Assembly (NCBI GenBank): GCA_963810635.1
Contig: CAWEOB010000002.1
Location: 2,320-66,319 of the forward strand
Direction of reading: 5' to 3'
DNA length: 64,000 bases
From: an uncultured Actinomycetes bacterium
GTDB taxonomy: Bacteria > Actinomycetota > UBA4738 > HRBIN12
Shown: positions 50,591 to 59,184 of the stretch, piece by piece
Layout of the letters: each line of letters begins with the position of its first letter
Numbering within the stretch: the stretch's first letter is position 1
Notes under the pieces: generated by a model
The model's input: only the letters and a program-made list of their open reading frames with translations
Told to the model about the DNA's origin: nothing
Databases searched by the model: none
Made by a program: the position numbers and the translations under genes

Positions 50591-52060
50591 GTGGACATCG
50601 ACTATCACGCGATCGCGCCCGCGCTGATCCTCGGCGCAACGGTCCTCGTCGTGTTGATCGTCGATGCCTTCCTCCCGGCCAGGGCCAAGTGGCTGGCCAT
50701 GCCACTTTCGCTCGTGGGCGTGGTGGCGTCGCTCATCGCGGCGCTGAGCTTGATCGGCGAGGACGTCTCCACGTTCGGCGGGCACTACGTGGTCGACAAC
50801 TTCACGATCCTGTTCCAAGTGTTCTTCCTCTCCGCGGCGATCGTCGTGCTCGCGCTCTCGCTGCGGTACATGCGCGAAGGAGGCTTCTACCAAGGCGAGT
50901 ACTACTTCCTGCTGCTCACCGCGTTCCTCGGCTGCGTGCTCATGCCCGCTTCGCGTGACCTGTTGATGCTGTTCATCGCGCTCGAGCTCGTGTCGGCGCC
51001 AGGTTTCTTGATGGCGGCGTTCCGGAAGTCGGACGTCAAAGGCAACGAGGGAGGATTGAAGTTCTTCATCATCGGTGTGCTCTCCACCGCGGTGATGCTC
51101 TACGGGATGAGCCTCATCATCGGGCTCACGAACGGCGCCACCCGGCTCGACGACGTCGCGGTGGGTCTCGCGGGGCTCGAGGGCGCGAAGCAGACGCTGG
51201 CCGACGTGGCGATCCTCTTCGTGGTGGTGGGGTTCGCCTTCAAGGTCTCGGCGGTCCCGTTCCAGTTCTGGGCCCCGGACGCCTACGAGGGCGCTCCGGT
51301 GCCGGTGGCCGCCTTCTTGGCGGTTGCCAGCAGCGCCGCGGGGTTTGCCGGCCTCCTCCAGTTGATGTTCGTGGCGTTCGCTCCCGAATGGGAGTTCTGG
51401 GTGCCGTTGTTCGCCACGCTGTCCGTGCTCACCATGACGGTGGGGAACCTCGTCGCCTTGCAGCAGCGACAGCTGGTGCGCCTGCTCGCGTACTCCGGTA
51501 TCGCCCAGTCCGGGTACATCCTGCTGCCGTTCGCGCTCGTCTCCGGCGATCAGGCCGTCAACGACACGGCGTTCGCCGCGGCGGTGAGCTACATCCTGAT
51601 CTACGGGATCATGAACATCGGGGCCTTCGCGGTCGCGACCGCCGTGAGCCGTCGCCATCCGCAGCTGATGATCTCGGACTTCAAGGGGCTCGTACGGATC
51701 GCGCCCGTGCTCGCGATCGGCATGACCGTGTTCATGGTGTCCCTCGCCGGCATCCCGCCCACCGGAGGCTTCTGGGCCAAGCTGTTCATCTTCCGTGCGG
51801 CGATCGATAGGGGCGGCCTCGGGATCCCGCTCGCCGTGATCATGCTCGTGAACTCGGTCGTGAGCATCTACTACTACTTCTCGGTCCCGCGGGCCATGAT
51901 CTTCCAGGAACCCGAGCCGGGCGAGACGCTCCGGCCCTCCTGGCTCGTCACCGCGGTCGTGGCCCTGGCCATGGTCGTCCTCCTCGCGATCTTCGTCCTC
52001 CCGAACCCGATCGCCCGGCTCGGCGACCTCTCCACGCTCGCCGGTTTCGCCGGAGGTTGA
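50591..52060 (+). CDS. nuoN: NADH-quinone oxidoreductase subunit N, second copy
   Basis: 489 aa with FIALELVSAPGFLM and [26 protein letters not shown] motifs. Confidence 0.92.
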   Translation: MDIDYHAIAPALILGATVLVVLIVDAFLPARAKWLAMPLSLVGVVASLIAALSLIGEDVSTFGGHYVVDNFTILFQVFFLSAAIVVLALSLRYMREGGFYQGEYYFLLLTAFLGCVLMPASRDLLMLFIALELVSAPGFLMAAFRKSDVKGNEGGLKFFIIGVLSTAVMLYGMSLIIGLTNGATRLDDVAVGLAGLEGAKQTLADVAILFVVVGFAFKVSAVPFQFWAPDAYEGAPVPVAAFLAVASSAAGFAGLLQLMFVAFAPEWEFWVPLFATLSVLTMTVGNLVALQQRQLVRLLAYSGIAQSGYILLPFALVSGDQAVNDTAFAAAVSYILIYGIMNIGAFAVATAVSRRHPQLMISDFKGLVRIAPVLAIGMTVFMVSLAGIPPTGGFWAKLFIFRAAIDRGGLGIPLAVIMLVNSVVSIYYYFSVPRAMIFQEPEPGETLRPSWLVTAVVALAMVVLLAIFVLPNPIARLGDLSTLAGFAGG

Positions 52061-52099
52061 CGGACCGGTCGGCGCTCGCTTCGCTCGGGAGCGGCAGCG

Positions 52100-53455
52100 T
52101 CAGATCATGGTGCCGAGGATCGCCCGCACGTGCTCGATCCGCGTCTGGGGGTTCACGAAGCACAGACGCGCGACCTTCTCTCCGTTCCACGAGGTCGGTT
52201 GGACGAACGCGATCTGCGCATCGAGCAGCCGCCTCCACCAGGTCTCGTAGTCATCCGAGCGCCACCCGAGCCGGCGGAACAAGATCACGGACAGATCCGG
52301 TTCCATCACGAGCTCCAGCTGCGGATGGCGGCGGATCTCCTCGGTGGTCATCCGCACGAGGGCCAGCACCGCCTCAACGGCGTCGCGGTACGCGTCGGTG
52401 CCGTGCGTCGCCAGCGAGAACCACAGCGGGAGCCCACGAGCGCGCCGCGAGAGGTGGTACGCATAGTCGGCAGGGTTCCAATCCGGTGTGGACTGTGACG
52501 AATCGAGGTACGAGGCGATCTGACGATGCGCGTCGAGCGCCGTCCCGGGATCCCGGTACAGCAACGCGCAGGCGTCGTACGGGGCGAAGAGCCACTTGTG
52601 CGGATCGACGATGAACGAGTCCGACCGCTCGACCCCTTCGAAGAGCGACCGGATGCTGGGAGCGAGCAAGCCTGCACCACCGTACGCGCCGTCCACGTGG
52701 AACCAGAGCCCGCGCTCCTCGCAGACGTCGGCCACGCCGCGCAGGTCGTCGATGGTTCCCGCGTTCGTCGCGCCGGCCGAGGCGACGACGGCGAACAGGT
52801 CGTCGCCACCACCCTCTCCGTCGAGCGTCGTGCGGAGGGCGTCTCCGGTGAGCCGTCCTCTCTCGTCGCCCGGGATCGTGAGGATGTCCACGTCCATGAC
52901 GCGCGCTGCGGCCGCGACGCTCGAATGCACCGTCTCGCAGGCGGCGAACCGCCACCGGACGGGCGGTTCTCCGGCCCGGTTCCGCGCCACGTGGCGCGCC
53001 GTCACCAGGGCCGAGAGGTTGCCCGCCGAGCCGCCGGACACGAACACGCCTCCGGTCCCTTCCGCGTAGCCGACCAAGGAAGCGATCCACGCCAGCGCTT
53101 GGTTCTCGGCCCAGATCGCGCCGGCCCCGTCGATCCATCCGGCGGCGATCGTGGACGAGGCGCCGACGATGAGGTCGAACAGCACGCTCGCCTTCGTGGG
53201 CGCGGCGGGAACGAAGGCCAGGGACGAGGGGTGGTCCGTCGAGATGGTCGAGGGCGCGAGGACGTCCGCCCAGAGCCGGAGGGCCTCCCGCCAACCGATC
53301 CCGTCGGCAGTCACCGTCCGTCCGGCGAGAGCCGTCAGCTCCTGCTCCGGCAGCACCCGGTCGAGAGGTTGGGGGTTCGCGATCCGCTCGCGCGCGTAGG
53401 CCTCGATCGCGCGAGCGAGCTCGTCCGTCTCCTCGGTGTAGCCGTGCAGTTCCAT
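52100..53455 (-). CDS. pyridoxal-dependent (group II) amino-acid decarboxylase family protein
   Basis: 451 aa with VSGGSAGNLSAL, FHVDGAYGG and SFIVDPHKWLFAPYD (PLP lysine) motifs. Confidence 0.8.
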   Translation of the reverse strand: MELHGYTEETDELARAIEAYARERIANPQPLDRVLPEQELTALAGRTVTADGIGWREALRLWADVLAPSTISTDHPSSLAFVPAAPTKASVLFDLIVGASSTIAAGWIDGAGAIWAENQALAWIASLVGYAEGTGGVFVSGGSAGNLSALVTARHVARNRAGEPPVRWRFAACETVHSSVAAAARVMDVDILTIPGDERGRLTGDALRTTLDGEGGGDDLFAVVASAGATNAGTIDDLRGVADVCEERGLWFHVDGAYGGAGLLAPSIRSLFEGVERSDSFIVDPHKWLFAPYDACALLYRDPGTALDAHRQIASYLDSSQSTPDWNPADYAYHLSRRARGLPLWFSLATHGTDAYRDAVEAVLALVRMTTEEIRRHPQLELVMEPDLSVILFRRLGWRSDDYETWWRRLLDAQIAFVQPTSWNGEKVARLCFVNPQTRIEHVRAILGTMI

Positions 53456-53475
53456 GGTGGGCTCACCCCCGGCGT

Positions 53476-53512
53476 GCGAGCGGGGCCGGCCCGAAGGGCC
53501 GGCCCCGCTCGC
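53476..53512 (-). terminator. perfect 17-bp GC-rich hairpin (GAA loop) between the aminotransferase and decarboxylase genes
   Basis: gcgagcggggccggccc-gaa-gggccggccccgctcgc, read directly. It lies 25 nt downstream of the aminotransferase stop on the minus strand. Confidence 0.5.
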
Positions 53513-53536
53513 TCCACCTGACCGGTCAGGCGCTCG

Positions 53537-54985
53537 TCAGGAGACGAGCGCCTGACAGAACTCCCCGAACGCGTCCACGTAGACCTGGACGTCCTCCTCG
53601 GTGTGTTGCACCGAGATCGTCCATTGCTCCTCGTCCCCGGGTGTCATGAAGATGCCGCGGTTCACCATCCACGGGTACGACGCCCAGTAGAGGTCGGGCA
53701 CCGTCTCGAGGAAGTCCCGGTAGTTCGTGAGCTTCTCGGACCGGTACGAGACGCAACCCTTCGCGCCGAGGTCCACGGTGTGTGCGGGGATGCCGGCTTC
53801 GGCGATGGCCCGGTCGCATCCTTCCGCGAGCATGGAGCCGAGCTTGCCGAGGTGGTCGTACGCATCAGGGGTGAGGACCTGTGTCAAGGCCGCGAGGCCG
53901 GCGGCCGACGAGAGCGGGTTCCCGTTGAAGGTCCCCTGCTGCGCGGCCCCCTTCGTCACGAACTCCATCAGGCGAGCCTCGCCGCCGAACGCGCCCGTGG
54001 TGGCGCCGCCGCCGATCGCCTTCGCGAAAGCCGCGAGGTGCGGCTTCACGCCGTAGCGCTCCGCCGTCCCACCGTACGCGATGGTGCCACCGCACTTCAC
54101 CTCGTCGTAGATCAGGACGGCGCCGTGCTTCTCGCAGGCGTCACGGAGGGCTTGGAGGTAGCCGGGCAGCGGCTCCACGATCCCGATGTTCATCATCACC
54201 GGTTCGAGGATCACCGCCGCGACCTGTCCCTGGTTGTCCGACAGCGCCTGCTCGACCGCGGCAGCATCGTTGAACGGAACGACGATCACCGTGTCCCACA
54301 GGGCCCGCGGGATGCCCTTCGAGGTGGGTTGCGTGACGTACCAGGACTGTCCGTCGGCGCCGGTGGTGAAGCGGAGGTCCAGCACGTCGGACTCCGGGAC
54401 CACCGAGAACAGCAGCGAATCGTGGTGCCCGTGGTACGAGCCCTCCATCTTGATGACCATGTCGCGTCCGGTGGCCGCGCGCGCCACACGCAAGGCGTCC
54501 ATGGTCGCCTCGGTACCCGAGTTGACGAACCGCATCTGCTCCAGCTGGAAGCGCTCACAGATGGCCTCGGCCAGCGCCACGGTGTCGGGCGTGGTGACCG
54601 CGAAGTGGATCGCGTTCTCGGCAGCCTTGTGGAGCGCCTCGACGATCTTCGGGTGCGCGTGGCCGACCACGTTCACGCCGAAGCCGCCGTGGAAGTCCTT
54701 GTACTCGGTGCCGTCCACGTCCCACACGCTGGAGCCCTTGCCCCGCTCCAGGTAGACGGGGTAGGGGTCGCCCACCTGGAAGTTGGACGACACGCCGCCG
54801 GGGAGGCTCTTCAGGGCGCGCAGGTAGAGCTTCTCGGAGCCCGTCGTTCGGGTCAGCAGTCGCTTGCCCTCGACGTCGGCGATCTCCTTGGCACGTGCCT
54901 TCAGTCGTTCGAGATCCACGGGTATCACCTCCGGAGTGGCGGCAAGCCTACCCGGGGGCTCGTGGACCAGGCAATCCGGGGTCAT
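53537..54985 (-). CDS. class-III (GSA-aminomutase-like) PLP-dependent aminotransferase
   Basis: 482 aa with FVNSGTEATMDALRVARAATGR, ILEPVMMNIG and LIYDEVKCG motifs. GGAGGG lies upstream of ATG 54985. Confidence 0.8.
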   Translation of the reverse strand: MTPDCLVHEPPGRLAATPEVIPVDLERLKARAKEIADVEGKRLLTRTTGSEKLYLRALKSLPGGVSSNFQVGDPYPVYLERGKGSSVWDVDGTEYKDFHGGFGVNVVGHAHPKIVEALHKAAENAIHFAVTTPDTVALAEAICERFQLEQMRFVNSGTEATMDALRVARAATGRDMVIKMEGSYHGHHDSLLFSVVPESDVLDLRFTTGADGQSWYVTQPTSKGIPRALWDTVIVVPFNDAAAVEQALSDNQGQVAAVILEPVMMNIGIVEPLPGYLQALRDACEKHGAVLIYDEVKCGGTIAYGGTAERYGVKPHLAAFAKAIGGGATTGAFGGEARLMEFVTKGAAQQGTFNGNPLSSAAGLAALTQVLTPDAYDHLGKLGSMLAEGCDRAIAEAGIPAHTVDLGAKGCVSYRSEKLTNYRDFLETVPDLYWASYPWMVNRGIFMTPGDEEQWTISVQHTEEDVQVYVDAFGEFCQALVS

Positions 54986-55026
54986 GGCCTCGTGCCCTCC
55001 GACCGGATCGCGCCTAGGCTTCCTCC

Positions 55027-57137
55027 GTGATCGCGTGCCGAACCTGCGGTGAGGAGAACGCCGACCGGGCCCGCTTCTGCCAAGCCTGCGGGACGTCCCT
55101 CGAGGCGGACGTGTCGGCGCGGGAGGAGCGGCGGGTCGTGTCGGTGCTCTTCGTGGACCTGGTCGGGTTCACCTCGCGATCCGAACGGCTCGATCCCGAA
55201 GACGTCCGCGCCATGCTGACCCGCTACTACGAGCGAGCGAGGGCCGAGATCGAGCGTTTCGGGGGAACCGTGGAGAAGTTCATCGGCGACGCGGTCATGG
55301 CCGTGTTCGGCGCTCCGGTCGCCTACGGGGACGACCCGGAGCGTGCCGTCAGGGCGGCGCTCGCGGTGCGCGACTCGATCGCCGACATGGACGAGGCCGA
55401 TCCGATGCTCGAGCTGCAGGTCCGTGCCGCCGTCAACACGGGCGAGGCGATCGTCGAGCTCGGCGCCGATCCGGGAACCGGTGTCGCGATGGTGGCCGGC
55501 GACGTCGTGAACACGGCGGCGCGACTGCAGTCGAGTGCCCCCGTCAACCAGGTGCTCGTGGGGGAAGAGACCTACGCGTCCACGAGAACGGTGATCGAGT
55601 ACCGAGAAGCCGATCCGGTGATCGCGAAGGGGAAGGCGGAGCCCGTTCCCGCATGGGTGGCGCTCGCTCCGCTCGTCGCCGCCGGGGAGCGGGTCTTCTC
55701 CGAGGTCCCGCTCGTCGGGCGGGGCGAAGAGCTGGCGACCCTGCGCGGCATGTGGGACGCGGCCGCGGTCGAGCGGCGCTGTTCCCTGTTGACGGTCTTC
55801 GGCCCTGCGGGGATCGGGAAGTCACGCCTCGCGCACGAGCTCGCCCACCGCGTGGAGGCCTCCGGCGGCCTCGCGCTCCGCGGTCGTTCGGCCGGCTACG
55901 GCGACACCGCTCCGTACAGCGCGTTCGCGCAGCACGTGGCCCAGATCGCCGGGATCTACGACAGCGACGACGCGGCCCACGCGATCGAGAAGCTCCGCGC
56001 GAAAGCTGCCGATCTCGCAGCGGCGGACGATCCCGTCGAGGTGGCGGATGCCGTCGCGATCCTCGCGGGTCTGCCGGCGGAGCCGACCGCGGCCGACCGA
56101 GACACGCTCTATTTCGCTGCGCGGCTGTTCGTGGAGGCCGTGGCGAGGGAACGCCCCACGCTCCTGGTCTTCGAGGACATCCATTTCGCCGATCCCAGCC
56201 TGCTGGACCTCGTCGAGTTCCTGGCCTCCAGGGTGCAGGACGTCCCGCTGCTGATGATCGCGACGGCCCGCCCGGAGCTGTTGACCTCGCGGCCCACGTG
56301 GGGGGGCGGGCTGCTGGCGTCGAGGGCCATCTCGCTGGCCCCGCTGAGCGAACAGGATGCCGAAGAGCTGACCGGTCGGTTGTTCGACCAGCGGGGTCTC
56401 GACGTCCTGGCGGACCGCGCCCGGTCCTTGGCCGCGTCGAGCGACGGGAATCCACTGTTCATCGAGGAGCTGACCGCGTCGCTGGCCGAGCGATCGACGA
56501 GGGACCCGCGGCAGCTGCCGGGGACCATCCGTGGCATCGTCGCGGCGCGGTTGGATGCGCTCCCGGGAGCCGAGCGCGACGCCGTCCTCGATGCCTCCGT
56601 CGTGGGCAAGGTGTTCTGGCGGGGGTTGCTCGAGCGGTTGCGTCCCGACCGGGAAGACCTCTCCGGCCTGCTCGGATCCTCGAGCGGCGGGATCTGATCC
56701 GTCGCGAGGCCTCGTCACGCATCAAGGGAGACCAACAGTTCTCGTTCAAGCACGGTTTGATCCGACAGGTCGCCTATCTCACGCTCCCTCGCGAGGAACG
56801 TCGCCGGTGTCATCAGACGACCGCCGAGTACCTGGAGGAGATGACCCTCGGAGCCGGGGACGCGGACGCCATGTTGGCCTACCACTGGCGGGAGGCTGGC
56901 CACCCGGACCGGGCGATCCAGCACCTCATGGCAGCGGCGGAGATCGCGGGACGCGGATGGGCGAAAGCGCGGGCGGCGAACCTCTACGCTCAAGCCCTCG
57001 AGCTCGTGCCCGAGGACGACGTGGACCTCAAGCGGGACCTCGTCCGGAAACGGGCGGTCGCGGCAGCAGCGGCGATGCACATCGCAGATGCGGAGGCTCT
57101 GCGTGGGCGCCAGCGCGACGCAGGCGCCGCCGGCTAG
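55027..57137 (+). CDS. zinc-ribbon / class III adenylate-guanylate cyclase / P-loop ATPase / helical-repeat signalling protein, with an apparent frameshift around 56665-56685
   Basis: CRTCGEENADRARFCQACG, then the cyclase core VLFVDLVGFTS...KFIGDAVMAVFG...GDVVNTAARL, then Walker A GPAGIGKS. The C-terminal roughly 150 aa (LERRDLIRREASS...FSFKHGLIRQVAY...) are in the frame of ORF 55653..57137. The break is near GGATCC. Confidence 0.8.
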
Positions 57138-57430
57138 CTGCACTCGGGCAGCGGCGGGAAGTCCTCCGGCGTGACGTCACCGGCCACCTCGTAAACGCCG
57201 TCGACGACGTGGAAGCCGAGCATGTCGGCATGCTGCTCGATCGCCTCGAGATCGGGCGCGTCGTACAGGCAGAACGTGCGGACGTGCCCGTCCTCCTCCA
57301 CCGCCACGTGGCTGTGGATCCAGACGACGTTCGGGAATTCCTCCTCGATGAGCTTCCTCGAACGGCGCCCGATCTCGGGCATCTGCTCGGAGCCAACGTC
57401 GAATCGGCGTTGGATCACGTACCTCGGCAT
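57134..57430 (-). CDS. DUF4242-family small protein
   Basis: 98 aa, MPRYVIQRRF...VVWIHSHVAVEEDGHVRTFCLYDAPD, typical of DUF4242. Confidence 0.65.
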   Translation of the reverse strand: MPRYVIQRRFDVGSEQMPEIGRRSRKLIEEEFPNVVWIHSHVAVEEDGHVRTFCLYDAPDLEAIEQHADMLGFHVVDGVYEVAGDVTPEDFPPLPECS

Positions 57431-57496
57431 GGTGGGGAACCCTTTCGCCTGGTTGGATCGAGTGTAGGTCGCATGTCCCGAATGAACAACGGACGA

Positions 57497-57988
57497 TCAG
57501 CGGCGGTTCGTGAACTGCAGCGCGATCCCGAAGTCGTGCTCCTTCACGGCCTGGATCGCCGCCTGCAGGTCGTCCTTGCTCTTGCTCGTCACCCGGACCT
57601 GCGAGCCCTGGATCTGGGTCTGCACCTTCGGGACGCTCTGGCGGACGAACTTCGAGATCTCCTTGGCCTTCTCATCGGAGATCCCGGTCACGAGGGTGAT
57701 GGTCTGGCGGACCGTCCCCTTGGCGGCCGGCTGGATCTCGCCCGGCTGGAGCGCCTTCAGCGGCACCTCGCGGCGCACGGCCTTCTCCTGGAGCACCTGG
57801 TACGCGGCCTTGAGCCGGTCCTCGGTGGCGGAGTGCATCTCGATCGCCTCATCGCCCAGCGTGATCGACGTGTCCGTGTTCTTGAAGTCGAACCGCTGGT
57901 GGATCTCGCGCGACGCCTGGTCGACGGCGTTGCGCACCTCCTGGACGTCCACCTCGGAGACGATGTCGAAACTGAACTGCTGCGCCAT
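57497..57988 (-). CDS. yajQ: YajQ-family (UPF0234) nucleotide / cyclic-di-GMP-binding protein
   Basis: Internal start MAQQFSFDIVSEVDVQEVRNAVDQASREI... (163 aa). The 205-aa track ORF extends over the tRNA gene, so it cannot be the real start. Confidence 0.85.
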   Translation of the reverse strand: MAQQFSFDIVSEVDVQEVRNAVDQASREIHQRFDFKNTDTSITLGDEAIEMHSATEDRLKAAYQVLQEKAVRREVPLKALQPGEIQPAAKGTVRQTITLVTGISDEKAKEISKFVRQSVPKVQTQIQGSQVRVTSKSKDDLQAAIQAVKEHDFGIALQFTNRR

Positions 57989-58027
57989 GGTCCGGCAGGA
58001 TAGCGGTTCGCTATCATCGGGAACCCC

Positions 58028-58109
58028 GGGAGGATGCCCGAGTGGCCAAAGGGAGCGGCCTGTAAAGTCGCCGGCGTAGCCTACGGAGGTTCGAATCCTC
58101 CTCCTCCCA
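58028..58109 (+). tRNA. tRNA-Tyr (anticodon GTA), class II with a long variable arm; no encoded CCA
   Basis: Folded by hand. Acceptor stem GGGAGGA/TCCTCCC, anticodon loop CTGTAAA (GTA at 58062-58064), T-arm GGAGG-TTCGAAT-CCTCC, discriminator A at 58109. Confidence 0.85.
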
Positions 58110-58156
58110 CTCACTCAACCGACCGACCGACCAAGGGGTGTTCGGTCGACCAACCA

Positions 58157-58714
58157 TCAACGAGTCACATCTTGGCCTCCTGCCTCGTCCGTCGCGGCCT
58201 GCCGCTGTCGACCTACCTTGGCCGCATGGAGCAGTGCATTGATCCCAACGCCCAGGATGATCAGATCGAGGATCATCTGCGAGGTAACCACCAGCCGCGC
58301 GGTCTCACTGACAGGTGAGATATCGCCGAACCCCACGGTCGAGAAGATCGTGACCGTGAGATAGAGCGTGTCCGTTCGCGTCAGGTTCTCTTGGCTGAAG
58401 CTCCCCGCGCTATAGACCGACATCAGGTAGTAGGTGCCGGCGTACAACAGCAGGAAGATCGGGACGGTGACGGCTAGCGCCTCGATTGCCCGGACGCCCG
58501 GATGCTTCGCGTTCAGGATCTTCCCCACCTGCCAGACGAGTAGCGCGCCGAACAGGGCCAGTGTGAGGAGCAGCCGGAATCCGGACGCCAGCCGCCACGC
58601 CTCGTGAACGGGCACGATGTAGTACAGCGTCACCAGTGCCGCGATGGTGAGGACCGTCCGCGCAACCGCAGCCGCGAGGACCTTCTTTCGTGTCGCCTGA
58701 TCGATGTCACTCAT
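58157..58714 (-). CDS. small potassium-channel family protein (pore loop TVGFGD)
   Basis: 185 aa with four predicted helices and a selectivity-filter signature FSTVGFGDISP. No RCK domain. Confidence 0.8.
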   Translation of the reverse strand: MSDIDQATRKKVLAAAVARTVLTIAALVTLYYIVPVHEAWRLASGFRLLLTLALFGALLVWQVGKILNAKHPGVRAIEALAVTVPIFLLLYAGTYYLMSVYSAGSFSQENLTRTDTLYLTVTIFSTVGFGDISPVSETARLVVTSQMILDLIILGVGINALLHAAKVGRQRQAATDEAGGQDVTR

Positions 58715-58726
58715 CGGCGCGTGACG

Positions 58727-59122
58727 TCACTCCATCGTGATGTCGCGACCGTGTGCGGTGAGGGCCCAGATGACGGCGATGTCGATCGCGATGATGACGA
58801 TCGACCATATCGGGTAGATGGGGATCCAAGCGAAGCTGACCAGGGCGCTCACCGCCGCCACGATTACGCCGACGGTGCGGGCCCAGACCGCGCCGCTGAA
58901 CAGTCCGAAGCCCGCGAGCAGGATGATGACGCCGCCGATCAGGTGGATCCATCCCCATGAGGTGGTGTCGAACTTGAACACGTAATTGGGGCTCACCGCG
59001 TAGAACTCGTCTTTGACGATGCCCGCCAGACCTGCGAGCGCGTGGAACGCCCCGATCAGGATCAACATGACTCCGGCGAACATCGTCCAACCCACCGCCC
59101 CGCCGCTTCGCTGCTGCGACAT
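58727..59122 (-). CDS. four-helix integral membrane protein of unknown function
   Basis: 131 aa, GWTMFAGVMLILIGAFHAL...WGWIHLIGGVIILLAGFGLF...; hydrophobic periodicity only. Confidence 0.55.
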   Translation of the reverse strand: MSQQRSGGAVGWTMFAGVMLILIGAFHALAGLAGIVKDEFYAVSPNYVFKFDTTSWGWIHLIGGVIILLAGFGLFSGAVWARTVGVIVAAVSALVSFAWIPIYPIWSIVIIAIDIAVIWALTAHGRDITME

Positions 59123-59184
59123 CCTTTCCCTCCTTCTGCGTGACGCCGATCATGCGATCGGCGTGCGACCAACGTGGTCGCGAC

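Noticed and set aside
695-56690. Programmed ribosomal frameshifting or recoding as an explanation for the frame breaks
   Set aside because: The breaks have no shared slippery heptamer or downstream structure, occur in both +1 and -1 senses, and affect unrelated housekeeping genes that are single-frame in other organisms. Sequence error or mutation is far more parsimonious.
57989-58114. N-terminal 42-aa extension of the YajQ ORF (track ORF 57497..58114)
   Set aside because: The extension is antisense to a well-folding tRNA-Tyr gene (58028..58109). The conserved YajQ sequence begins at MAQQFSF (57988).
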